Source: Paramoeba atlantica (lineage: Eukaryota; Protista; Discosea). Taken from it: DNA of 64,000 nt. The stretch is taken from positions 394,850-458,849 of the forward strand of contig CDRNVI010000023.1 in NCBI GenBank assembly GCA_977017575.1. Reading direction: 5' to 3'. A program made the position numbers and the translations under genes. The notes under the pieces were generated by a model that was not told the DNA's origin, made no database searches, and saw nothing but the letters and a program-made list of their open reading frames with translations. Shown piece by piece: positions 1 through 10,685 of the stretch; positions within the stretch are counted from its first letter, which is position 1; each line of letters opens with the position of its first letter.

Positions 1-9
1 CACCGCAAT
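1..9 (+). mobile_element. 3' terminus of a family-A hairpin element cut by the window start
   Basis: CACCGCAAT is identical to the last 9 nt of the complete copies ending at 13029 and 60024. Very short, so tentative. Confidence 0.4.
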
Positions 10-910
10 AAACCACATACCTGTTTAACATACCTATACCTTGGATAACATACCGGGGGGTATGTTATTCTGGCCTGCGACACTTAACATACCCCCCCTC
101 GTCCCACGGCTTTTTTTGTGCAACGGTACAAAAATCCAACCCTAATATCACGTACGGTTTTAAAAAAATGTTTCTTTTATGCGTTTTAAGATATATTTTG
201 ATACGTTTTAGCATTTAGTACTACACGCGGTACGTTTTACCATTTCATTCTTATTTTTACCAATAGGGCGTTGACAGCCCAATTCTCATTTTTACTCTCT
301 GAATGGTGACTTTTACTGTAAGTGAAGTGAAGGAAGTGAGGCGCAATAAGCCTTCAATCCATAAACTTTTTCTGAAGTAGGATATTATAGTAACGTTGAA
401 TGAATATCCTAATTCGGCCTTTTTCAGCTTAATATCCTAATTCAGTAGTATCCTTAGTATCCTCAGTAGTATCCTTCAGAATTATCCTAATTCAGCTTAA
501 TATCCTAATTCCGAATTACGATATTGATCCGACCCCCGGTTTATAAAGGGGGGGGGGGGCGATTAAAAGTTGGCACAGAAATCGCCCTACAATTGGGAGC
601 AAGGGACGAGGAATTATCCAATCGTTAAGTGGGTCCCGGCGCTCTCCCAAAGGAAAATGTCCAGCACCAACCCGCGCCATACCTCGAAGAACCATTTAAA
701 TATATCAAAATATTTAAGACGGTGTAAGAAAAGAAAAAACGAATCTTCCTCGGTTCGCCAAAAAAACGAACCTATAAGTGGGGGAGGGGTTGAGGCTATC
801 ATAAACAGATGGGTACAGTATATTCTTTGACTTCTATTTTTTTCTTTTTATTCTTTGTTGCCTAAGGTGCAGATTTCGGACGTACTCTCATCAAAAAAAT
901 CTCTTTATTT

Positions 911-2398
911 ATGATGGAACCGACCAAAGACGAAATTCTTTGTGGCCTATGTAACGAGGGCAATACTTGCTATCTCAACAGCACATTACAAGTCCTAGTT
1001 TCACAACGGGATTTTATGAACGCCCTTCGACACGTAAAAACTAACTCCTCTGCTTCATATGTCACAGAATCGTCAAATTCTCTGCTTGTTGTGCGAAGAA
1101 AATTGTTTTGTTTGTTTTCATCTCTTCCCAGAGAAATGGGAAAGTCGTCAAAACCTGTTCTTCCATCGGGAATTCGACGTCTTCTTTTCGAACTTAATTC
1201 TGTTTTTACGCATTGCGATCAAGCAGATGCTGCAGAGTGCCTTTTAACTCTTTTAGCTAGTTTGGAAGAGCACCTTTCGGATAACGTTCTCATAGAAAAC
1301 GAGTCGAGCACGTGTGTTCCATCAAAAATTAGGAGTTCCTCCTCGTATTATTCTCTTTATGACACATTACAACGTATAGCACAACAACGTGCGGCATTGC
1401 ACCACAAGCACGAGAGACGTAAATTTTCCCAGGAAATCTTTCACCATTCAAACCTTCTCTCGTCGTGTCAAATCGACAGAACGTCAACCTCTGATGATAC
1501 TTCGACCTCTCAAAAGCATCACGCACCTGAACCATTTTACATCCACTCCCCAAAGGCCTATGTTCGTCGTGGGGTGGTAAATACCTTCTTTGAGGGTTAT
1601 CATCTGAATACTTTTTATTGCCATCACTGTCAATATTCTAGTCACTCCGCAGAGCCTTTCCTTATGCTCGAATTACACATTCCCTCTCACACTCAACTCA
1701 GCTCGTTAGACAAAATAAATATAAAAAGGTTACAAAAATCCTCGCCTATGTTTTCTGCTCTCTTTTCTGTACTTCATCCTTTTACAGCCTTAGCAAAGTC
1801 GGCCTGGGACTTTGTTTCTTCTCTTTTTACTCTCTCAGATGGAATTTCTCCTGCTCTTCGTTTGCAGGATTGTTTTGCCTCACACGAACGAGGTGAACGC
1901 CTATCGCACGAGAATGCTATTCTGTGCGACCACTGTGGGGTACGGTCGGAAGGCATTCGTACCACACAACTCCTTCATCTTCCCCCTATTTTAGTCATTC
2001 ACTTAAAACGATTCTCCCATGGGATCTGGTCCACAGAAAAACTGCACACGGCAGTCTCGTGTCCTGAGATTTTGGATCTTAGCAACAGCGTGTGTTCTTT
2101 GGAGAAGGATACGGTCTGTGGGACCGATTCCTCGCTAGATGGCGAAAACAGAGCGAAATCCAGTGATTTCGATCCCCCTGCGCTTTGTTTTTCAAAGGAT
2201 GCCCATAAAACGGCGTTGTATGAACTTAGCGCGGTGATCAATCATCACGGAAATCTAAGCTCAGGTCACTACACAGCGTATGTCAGGAATCCCTCCGTGG
2301 GCTGGGTTCTGTGTAATGACGAGCATTTGCTTCGTGTATCCACGGAGGAGGTTTTACAAAGTGAAGTCTATGTTGCGGTGTATCGCCGAAAATATTAA
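911..2398 (+). CDS. Ubiquitin carboxyl-terminal hydrolase (USP, peptidase C19)
   Basis: Cys box GLCNEGNTCYLNSTLQVL, QADAAE box, CxxC pairs, LVIHLKRF, His box HHGNLSSGHYTAY and WVLCND. Confidence 0.95.
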   Translation: MMEPTKDEILCGLCNEGNTCYLNSTLQVLVSQRDFMNALRHVKTNSSASYVTESSNSLLVVRRKLFCLFSSLPREMGKSSKPVLPSGIRRLLFELNSVFTHCDQADAAECLLTLLASLEEHLSDNVLIENESSTCVPSKIRSSSSYYSLYDTLQRIAQQRAALHHKHERRKFSQEIFHHSNLLSSCQIDRTSTSDDTSTSQKHHAPEPFYIHSPKAYVRRGVVNTFFEGYHLNTFYCHHCQYSSHSAEPFLMLELHIPSHTQLSSLDKINIKRLQKSSPMFSALFSVLHPFTALAKSAWDFVSSLFTLSDGISPALRLQDCFASHERGERLSHENAILCDHCGVRSEGIRTTQLLHLPPILVIHLKRFSHGIWSTEKLHTAVSCPEILDLSNSVCSLEKDTVCGTDSSLDGENRAKSSDFDPPALCFSKDAHKTALYELSAVINHHGNLSSGHYTAYVRNPSVGWVLCNDEHLLRVSTEEVLQSEVYVAVYRRKY

Positions 2399-2689
2399 GA
2401 AACATATTCGGCATGTTAAGAACACATCAAGGACAACGGAAATAACAAAGGCGAGAAGTACTTTTTGGGGTGCGTTTTTTTTGACTGTTAGTAAGAAAAA
2501 GGTAACATCCGTCTTCCCTTTTTATAAATCTTTTTTCCCAACGCAATAGTGGAACGATCTGTGCGTATCCTTGGACACGTATCAGTATCGTCGAATTCTA
2601 TTTCTACCTGTAAACCTCGGTATGCATTATGCTTTTATGCTTTAAGTTTCCTTTACAGCGTTTCTGCGTAACTTTGCAAGAAGACACCT

Positions 2690-3517
2690 ATGACTTTTCA
2701 CCTAGCGATTTTCCTTGTTCACGCAGCCGATGATTCGAATACAATTAATACACAGCGAACCCTTCCGAGTAAGGTACGAGGTTCCCATTTACCACAGGAA
2801 TACGAACTTTCACGCTTGATTGCCGATGTAGATAATCCGGATCATACCTGGAACACGTCAATACCTGCGTGTGAGTGGAAGGGCATAACTTGTAATGAGT
2901 ATCTAAAAGTTACAAGGATTTGTTGGGGCAGTATGGGTCTTACTGGAATGCTTCGATGGGAATACCTCTCTTCTACGTTACATCACTTCCTCATTTGGCG
3001 GAGCAAGCTTACAGGAAACGTTAGCCTTGACACGCTACCTTCCCAACTTGTTCAAATACATGCATCCACCAATGCTTTCAAAGGTTCGTTGGATTTTATT
3101 CATTTGCCACATACATTGCAGTCGCTTGATCTGCATGAAAATCAGTTCACTGGCAGTGTGAATTTGGTCCAATTGCCTCAGAGCATACAACATTTCCTTG
3201 TGGGTAACAACAAGTGTTCAGGAAGCATTGATCTTACCTGTTTGCCTTCGACTATATTACAGGTCAATTTATCAAACAATTTATTCACGGGACCTCTTGA
3301 ATTGCAGCGCTTACCTTTATTACTCGAAGTTCTCGACTGCAGCAATAATTTTTTTTCAGGTTTCGTGATTTTTAAAAATCTTCCTAAACTTCGACTTCTC
3401 TCGTTAAAGAACAACGCTGAATTGAGCGGAACAGTTGACACATCCGAACTTTCCATACGAGTGGAAGAGATTAAAGTGACAGGCACAAAAGTGGTAAAGG
3501 GGGGTCCCGTCTATTAA
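2690..3517 (+). CDS. Leucine-rich repeat protein (dispersed family, copy 1)
   Basis: SKVRGSHLPQEYEL cap, WNTSIPACEWKGITC LRRNT-like motif, 23-aa LPxxLxxLxLxxNxFxG repeats. Confidence 0.9.
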   Translation: MTFHLAIFLVHAADDSNTINTQRTLPSKVRGSHLPQEYELSRLIADVDNPDHTWNTSIPACEWKGITCNEYLKVTRICWGSMGLTGMLRWEYLSSTLHHFLIWRSKLTGNVSLDTLPSQLVQIHASTNAFKGSLDFIHLPHTLQSLDLHENQFTGSVNLVQLPQSIQHFLVGNNKCSGSIDLTCLPSTILQVNLSNNLFTGPLELQRLPLLLEVLDCSNNFFSGFVIFKNLPKLRLLSLKNNAELSGTVDTSELSIRVEEIKVTGTKVVKGGPVY

Positions 3518-3789
3518 ACGTCCCGTTTATGAACAAACGGTCAAGGAGGATTTTTTTCTCTGAATGGAAATATACACACAGCGCTTTTTAGAGGAAAATT
3601 GCTTTTTTTAGTATTGCAATTGGTACTAAATGTGTGTGACCAATAAAGGTGAAAAAAGTGCAAAAACCGAAAATATGAATGAAAATAGCAATCAAAACCT
3701 ATTTTCCTTATTTTTGGTCAGGGGAGTAGCTATTTATCATTCATATAATTTATACCTAAGAAGTTCAAAAGTGGAGCTGTACATTTTCT

Positions 3790-4695
3790 ATGATTCGTTT
3801 TCTGCGTACGGTGCTTCGGTCTCCTCCTCCCGTGCCTCAGCAAATTCTGAATGAGAAAGAGTGGTATACCTCGGAGAAATGGTGTAAGCTTTGCGCATGT
3901 CCAATGCCGACTGCGGGTATACATACCGGGGAGAAAGATCATCAGACTCTGGAGGTCTTTGTTGATAAAATATGGCAAGGCAATCACATGTCTTGGTGGG
4001 CTCATCACGTGTATGAGTCCGTTGGCTTACTTCGGGCACCGTATGCATCGCTTTACAATGTTTTTGATAAATTTGAAAATCAAAGATTATTTGTCTTGCA
4101 CGAGGCCATTAAAACTCTTAAGGAGAAAAAAATCTCTCGTGGAACGAGAACGATTCGCGATGGAGGTGGAACAACTCAATACCTAGTTGCCGCTCGCATG
4201 AGTCACATGACGTCCAAGATTTTGATAGGGCTTCTACCCCACGCCGCTAGTCGCCATCTTACGTCATATCTATCTATGATAACCTCGGATTTTTCTATGG
4301 AAGCAGTGTATGATATCCTTAGATTGGATCTACTTTACGGAAATTTAGATAATCGACGGTCCTACATATTGAAATCCATACTCGGAAATTGTTTTGATAT
4401 TACGTAGGACTATTCCCGCGGCTTCTGTCATGGAAGAAGAGCCTTGATCAAGCCTATAATAAAGGAACTGTGTTACTACGTTCAATGGGGTATCATTTGT
4501 GAGGCGATTATTTCTCGCATGCAAGAGTACATCGCTCGAGGGCAAATAGTGTGGGTGAATGAGCTGCACTGTGAAACGAGAAAAAATTTATTGGCTGACA
4601 AAATTATTCATAAATTGGCTCCCGTACACGAATCTACATCCGACGTGTTAAAAACTAGATTTGAAACCGATTTATGGAAACGTGATATCTGTTAA
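3790..4695 (+). pseudogene. U1-type zinc finger plus degenerate RNase III-like protein (KREPB/editosome-like) with one in-frame TAG
   Basis: WCKLC...HTGEKDH zinc finger. ORF 3790..4407 and ORF 4444..4695 are in the same frame, separated only by TAG at 4405-4407. The family call is from recalled motif resemblance. Confidence 0.45.
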
Positions 4696-5048
4696 CACAT
4701 CACATCATTATGTACCCTAGTTCTAAACGTGGGTCCGGTTTATCCTCTTCTTGATCTTGATTAAAACTAGAGCGCACAAAGTTTTTTTCCTAATGAGTTC
4801 AATCTTCACGCGCTGAATTTAATCTTAGTAAATTATCGTTGTCGATTCTTTTGGCATCCCGCTGCTAGGGTGGCAGCGCTGCTACTACGATAGCAATCGT
4901 GTGGCCCCCGGTTTACTAAGGTACTACTGTCCCTTTCATAAATAATTATAAATTTGCCAGAATTTATAACGCTCCATATTTATAATTATTTATGATTTAT
5001 AATTTCTTGACGCTATAATCATAATTTTTTGGGGGTAAATTTAAAATC

Positions 5049-5229
5049 ACCCCATTTTTACCCGAAATTCGGCTATTTTTGGCTATAATCTTTCCGTTTT
5101 CCAGGCTAAATTTTCTTTTTTAGGCTCTTCGTTAAACGCGGCGGTAGTTTTCAACGCGAAGCGCGCAGCATGAGTGACTCCTAAGTTGAAAACAACCACC
5201 GCGTTTAACGAAGAGCCTAAAAAAGAAAT
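5049..5229 (-). mobile_element. Family-A hairpin element, truncated 5' portion
   Basis: Palindrome at 5110-5229 plus about 60 nt of body that is the reverse complement of sequence following 12232. Confidence 0.85.
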
Positions 5230-5237
5230 GAAAAGGA

Positions 5238-5410
5238 CAGTATCCCCCTATCCCAGCGTTGCCTCAGTACCCCCCCTCATTAGCGTTGCTTTTTAGACTG
5301 TGTCTTCAAGACTCTCTTGCCGCGAAGCGGTGATTTTTTTTTTTTGACCCCCCCTCCTAGCGTTGCTTTTTCCCAAAACCAGGCAGCGCTAGGATAGGGG
5401 GGGATAGTAC
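5238..5410. mobile_element. Small MITE-like element
   Basis: Imperfect inverted ends TATCCCCCTATCCCAGCGTTGCCT / AGGCAGCGCTAGGATAGGGGGGGATA, with internal repeats of TAGCGTTGC. Confidence 0.5.
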
Positions 5411-5794
5411 CCTCAACCCCACTCTCACTCCCCTCCACACCACAGTAACCTCCAACTCAAACCTCGACCTTCAACGTGCAAAAAGACAAAGATACGGTTT
5501 CTGTACTGATTTTCAGGTTAAAAAAAAGTGTCTCTATCCGCGCCCAATGACATCAACCCCCTAGTCATTTGTCATCCACCCGACACCCCCCCTAGTTATT
5601 TCTCATTTTTCTCCAAAAAGGGGTGTCAGTTAAGTAGGGGGTACAGTACCTATACCTTCGTAATATACCGGGGGGTGGTAAGCTGAACAGTGGTTTAATA
5701 TCAAAATTTCCAGCTTGATCTCAAACTTTGATTTTGAAAATGGAATGGCCCCCGGTTTATTTCCTTTACTATTCCACGACGTCAAAGTGGTATA

Positions 5795-6490
5795 TTGAGT
5801 ACCTCAATATTTAAGGAAAGTATACTTTGCAAAATACTTTTAGTTATGGCTGCTCTTGCTCATCTCCTGAAGCTACATCTTACCACGTTTACTGTGATCC
5901 GCACTGCCGACTCGCATATATCTACGTCGCGTCCTTCTAAGGTGAGAAACACAGAACTTCCAGATGAATACAATCTGGAGCGTTTTCTTAGAAATGTGGG
6001 GAAGCAGCATGATTCGTGGAGGGTTGAGAATCCTGTTTCTATGTGGGATGGTGTCACATGTAACAAGTTGGACATTGTGAAGAGTATCTCGTGGACAAGC
6101 CGCGACCTTACTGGAACTTTTCTGTGGGAATATATGCCGAAATCGACCGTTGCGTTCGACGTTCAACAAAATAGATTAAGTGGTGAAGTGCGCTTTGAAC
6201 TTTTACCACCCAGTCTAGAATCGCTCAATTTAGCTCGGAATATGTTTTTCGGTCCTATTGATCTCAGATTTGCTCCGGTCGCTCTCACTGTGTTTTTCGG
6301 TGCGATGAATGAGTTCAGCGGCGAAGTTCTTCTTGGTAGTTTAAACCCAAACTTTCAGTATTTATACCTAATGAATAATCCGGATCTTAAAGGAACAATT
6401 TGCGGATCCGAATTACCCCGTAGGCTTAAAACAACTGGGGTACTTCCGGGTCTTGATGTGGGAGGCACGAACATTAAACTAATTCCATAG
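5795..6490 (+). CDS. Leucine-rich repeat protein (copy 2; ATG start probably 5846)
   Basis: PSKVRNTELPDEYNL cap, WDGVTC, 23-aa LRRs. Confidence 0.85.
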   Translation: MSTSIFKESILCKILLVMAALAHLLKLHLTTFTVIRTADSHISTSRPSKVRNTELPDEYNLERFLRNVGKQHDSWRVENPVSMWDGVTCNKLDIVKSISWTSRDLTGTFLWEYMPKSTVAFDVQQNRLSGEVRFELLPPSLESLNLARNMFFGPIDLRFAPVALTVFFGAMNEFSGEVLLGSLNPNFQYLYLMNNPDLKGTICGSELPRRLKTTGVLPGLDVGGTNIKLIP

Positions 6491-6777
6491 AAGATTCCCA
6501 TTTTCTCGAAATTGACGTTGTTCAACAACGCATTCCTTAAATAGAACTCATTCTGCACATGAACATGTTTGTCCATAAAAGAGGCGCCGCTAAGCGGCGC
6601 CATATTTTTTTTACCTTTTTTTGGTTTTTTCCTACATTTATTTACTGTGCCTAGAGCCACGTATTGTGCCTAGAGCCAGTTATTGTGCAGGGGGGGCACA
6701 ATAACCCGGAACACGGTTTAAGTGTCACAAGGCCACTTAGTATACCTACCCCCCCCAAAACAACTGAAGCGGAAGAT

Positions 6778-7128
6778 GTCCCTTTTTAGAAACGACAGAG
6801 CCACTTTTCTAGCAAGCACAAGCCAAGAAGTCTTATTTCAAGGCCAAGTCACCAATTTTCTAGCAACTAGAAAAGAAAGGGTATACCTGGTTGCAATGGC
6901 CAGCGAAGTCCCCGGACCTAAATCCGATTGAGATCGTTTGGTCCAATATGGATGCGACAAAGGGCAACATTCACCCCCGAAATCGAATTCAATTGCTCGA
7001 TGCCATCCACGTTGAGTTTCGCAAATTGGAAAACGAGCAAAACAACTGATTGCCTAAACACGCTTCGTAGCTTTCGAAAGCGTTGTTCCATCGTTGTCCA
7101 GAGAAATGGCAAGCACTTTTGGTATTAG
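6778..7128 (+). pseudogene. Tc1/mariner transposase C-terminal remnant (frameshifted)
   Basis: WPAKSPDLNPIEIVW read from about 6896. LFRNDRA upstream and SFRKRCSIVVQRNGKHFWY* downstream lie in other frames. Confidence 0.8.
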
Positions 7129-8055
7129 TGGGCTTTTTTAAGGTAAATTGAATAGTGTAAAATGTAAGTGACAAATCTCGTTTGGGAGCCATCTGACGAT
7201 TTCGATTTCTACCCCGTGTTCTAATAGTTTTTTGGGTGAAAAGGGCATATTTTTGTACCAACTCTTCCGATTGACCGAAAACGATTTTTGTAATATTTGA
7301 ATAAATTTAAATAATTTATTGGAATCTTCCATTAGAAAGGAACCGTTATAAAAAGAAAGTTAGCATCACCTTTAAAATTCTATTTCGCGCAACAATATGA
7401 GCTTCTACTGCGAAGGGTGTGATGTATTTGAGTGAGTAAAATCCTACCATTTGCTTACCGGATGAACATTCCTTCCTAGACTTTCCGAAAGCTCTTCAGC
7501 TCCGTGCTAAGGTGAATGCAATTCCGCAATGCAAGCATTTGTAATATTTCTGTGCATTATTAATGAGGAAGAATAAACTGTTTCTGTAAGTTTAAGAACT
7601 TTTTTCTACTCGTCGGGGAGAAATTTCATTGAAAACAAAAATTGGTATAAAAATATGCTCTTTTGACCGTTTTTTGTATTAAGACATGTAACTCTGAGAG
7701 AGCTCTCGAATGCGCTATTATTTTTCAAAGTTGGACAGTGTTTACAAATTTTAGACCCCCCAGGTGCAAGTGCCACCCCCTGTATATCTCCACCTGTAAA
7801 TTGCAAGTTAATATTTAAATATTAACCCGCACACTGGGTTACGATATTATTCAATCAAGATCATTTTCGCCGTAAAAAAAAGCCTTAAAATCGTAATAGA
7901 GTACAACACTGTACACAAATTAAAATTCTCAACTTTGTCCAAGCACGGTACAAACCCTTTCTCCTCTTTTTCGATCCTTAAACACAAAAAGACATACGTC
8001 CAACACCTCTTTTTTCCTCACCCTCTCTTCCCTCCCCTCTTCCCTCCCTCCCCCC

Positions 8056-9288
8056 ATGGAGCTCCAAATGCCCAACCCGCAGCTCCTGTGCCGCTCCCTG
8101 CGCTGTCTTCTGGAGCTGTGCGACACGGCCTGGGTGGAATTCGACCCCAAGGGGGTTTATTTCCAGGTCATGGATGAGGCCCGGGTCTCTCTGGGGACGC
8201 TGGAGATCCGAGGCAACCCGCTGCGCCACTACCTCACCTACGCCCCCACCTCCACCGCTGTGGGGTTCCCGCTGAAATCGGCCATCTCGATCTTAGCCTG
8301 TATGGGACCCTCCGATTTGCTGTCCCTGCATCTTGTGGCTCCGTTTGATGAGCTCAGGCTACGGAATGATGTGGATTGTGTGAAGAAACAACAAGGGGGG
8401 TTGGGGAGTGGTGGAAGTGGTGGAAATAACACGAAACCAACACATAAGAATAACGAAGGCAACCGTCGTGGAAGCGCGAATGAAACACCAAACGGTTCAG
8501 AAACCTCAACAAACGCATCTTTTCCCGGAGGGGTTCGAAAATTCGAATCTTCTGTTTCTTCTCATCCTTTTTTATCCTCTTCCTATGATTCCATTGCCTT
8601 CGCGGAGGCGAACCCGGACGGGTCGCACTTCGGGCGGTGGGTTTTAAAACTTTGTGAGATCACCGACGCGCGGCATCCGCTGCCGGTACTCGCGTACCCC
8701 GTCGAGGTCGTCATGCCCTCCGATCTACTCAAGGAGGTGCTGAGCCTCTATGAGGGGGCCACCGCGGTGTCGTTTACCGTGGAGGGGGGGAGCAACACGT
8801 TAGTGATTGCCCCCGAGGGGTGGGAGAAGGAAAAGAAGAAAACACGACGTAGAGGACGAAGGGGAAGGGGAGGAGGGGGGAATGAGGAAGAAGGAGAAGG
8901 AGAAGAGGATGAAAATGGGGAAAATGGGAGTGAAAATGAAAACCATGAGGATGAAAACGAAACGCAAGCTCCTGCTGTTCCTCCTTCTACGGTGGATACG
9001 TTTGCGTTAGCATCTGGGGTGACGAAACTTCACGCGAAACCGGATTGTCCAAAATCGATTTCGGTGCTCTGGCGTCCAGAGTTGGTGCCGAACCCTAAAG
9101 CAACGATTGTTCGTGTGGTTCTTGGGTCTCGCTTCTTGGCGACACTTACTAAAGGACGGGAGGTGGTGAATACAGTACGTCTGTTTCTCGGGGATACCCA
9201 TCCACTTCGGGTGCGGTATGATTTAGGGGATTTGGGCCACCTGCAGTTTTATCTGGCTCAAGTGGTGGCGAGGGGGGAAGGGGGGTAG
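8056..9288 (+). CDS. PCNA: Divergent PCNA-family sliding clamp with two large low-complexity insertions
   Basis: FQVMDEARVSL, YPVEVVMPS, RFLATLTKG, PLRVRYDLGDLGHLQFYLA follow PCNA motifs in order. Confidence 0.85.
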   Translation: MELQMPNPQLLCRSLRCLLELCDTAWVEFDPKGVYFQVMDEARVSLGTLEIRGNPLRHYLTYAPTSTAVGFPLKSAISILACMGPSDLLSLHLVAPFDELRLRNDVDCVKKQQGGLGSGGSGGNNTKPTHKNNEGNRRGSANETPNGSETSTNASFPGGVRKFESSVSSHPFLSSSYDSIAFAEANPDGSHFGRWVLKLCEITDARHPLPVLAYPVEVVMPSDLLKEVLSLYEGATAVSFTVEGGSNTLVIAPEGWEKEKKKTRRRGRRGRGGGGNEEEGEGEEDENGENGSENENHEDENETQAPAVPPSTVDTFALASGVTKLHAKPDCPKSISVLWRPELVPNPKATIVRVVLGSRFLATLTKGREVVNTVRLFLGDTHPLRVRYDLGDLGHLQFYLAQVVARGEGG

Positions 9289-9625
9289 TATGAGAGGAGC
9301 AGAGGGGATGGGGATAACAGGTCTTGGGGAATTGGGGATAAATTTGCGAGCTTGAAGATCACAATTTTGAGTGGACAAAACATCTTTTTCAAATGAATGT
9401 GTTCAGGAATACATGTAGCGCAAATGGGTTTGCAATGCAGATTTAGGTCGAGTGCAATTGTATAATCCAACTTGATTTTTTTTGCAATTTAGACTGGCAC
9501 TTCACATTTCTTCCTTCATATTTCTACCTCAAAGTTTCGAAAGTTAACCTTTAATTTCTCTTACTGAACCTCGGAACAACATCCGTGCAATTTGATTACT
9601 GGATATAAATTTACAATCTTATTTC

Positions 9626-10444
9626 ATGTATGCCACTAGTATTTTGTATAATACACGGCAATCGGATACGCAGCCATCCGCATCAAAACGAGGCAAGAAA
9701 GAAGAAAGCACATCAATAGCAAGTGGCGAGACAACACTAACCAGTATCGCTGTTGGTCGCACTGGAAAAATACGTGGGACACATTTACCTCAAGAATATG
9801 AACTCGCGTTTCTTGTTGAAAACGTCACAAATCAACTTCTTTCCTGGAATACATCGACACCTGCATGTGAGTGGCACGGCATAAAATGTGATGACGGTTT
9901 AAATGTGTCTCAGATTGAATGGAAGTTTTTGATTTCATTCAAATTGGAGGGAACACTGCGATTGGACAAGATCCCCAAAACGGTACTCTACTTTGATGTA
10001 AGCGGCAATCACTTATCTGGCACCATAGAACTTGCACAATTACCTCAACCTTTGGCCCAACTTTGGCTGCACTGCAACCGATTCGAAGGCACTGTAGATC
10101 TTACCCATCTTCCACCGAATTTAACGAAACTATGCTTGTGGCACAATAATCTTTCCGGTGGTGTTGATCTCAGCTGTTTGCCATCCAAAATTACATATCT
10201 GAACTTGTCTTCGAATAAATTTACTGGATCAGTAGATCTCGAACACCTTCCCCCGTTTCTTCACGCGCTCAACTTGCAAGACAACGAATTATCTGGTCTT
10301 GTGTCATTTGATAGTCTTCCGAGAGGAATTGCCACACTGGGCCTAAGCGGTAATGGGGAACTTTATGGCCAAACTGATTTCTTAATTCTTCCTCGTTCTT
10401 TAAGAGATTTCAGTCGAGGACCAAAGATAAAGCTTTTTGGATAG
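9626..10444 (+). CDS. Leucine-rich repeat protein (copy 3)
   Basis: GKIRGTHLPQEYEL cap, WNTSTPACEWHGIKC, 23-aa LRRs. Confidence 0.9.
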   Translation: MYATSILYNTRQSDTQPSASKRGKKEESTSIASGETTLTSIAVGRTGKIRGTHLPQEYELAFLVENVTNQLLSWNTSTPACEWHGIKCDDGLNVSQIEWKFLISFKLEGTLRLDKIPKTVLYFDVSGNHLSGTIELAQLPQPLAQLWLHCNRFEGTVDLTHLPPNLTKLCLWHNNLSGGVDLSCLPSKITYLNLSSNKFTGSVDLEHLPPFLHALNLQDNELSGLVSFDSLPRGIATLGLSGNGELYGQTDFLILPRSLRDFSRGPKIKLFG

Positions 10445-10591
10445 GGCCTACTGAAAATGTATTAGAAACTTAGAGGGTAGCCATCGCCCAAGTGACAGTA
10501 TTCCGCCATATTCTGCCGATCACAGGAGAATTATCCCTTGGCAGGTAGAGTATCAAGCAATAAGCTTTAGCTATTGTGCCTATTCACGCAT

Positions 10592-10685
10592 TAAGATAAG
10601 ATAAGATAAGATAAGATAAGATAAGATAAGATAAGATAAGATAAGATAAGATAAGATAAGATAAGATAAGATAAGATAAGATAAG
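10592..10685. repeat. (TAAGA)n pentanucleotide microsatellite, about 19 units
   Basis: Perfect tandem run read directly. Confidence 0.95.

Noticed and set aside
4405-4407. Genome-wide stop-codon reassignment (Blastocrithidia-like)
   Set aside because: All other long genes are free of internal stops, and TAG, TAA and TGA all serve as terminators.
7390-7560. MSFYCEGCDVF...YHLLT zinc-finger-like fragment
   Set aside because: Interrupted by several stops within 40 codons; too short to support a call.
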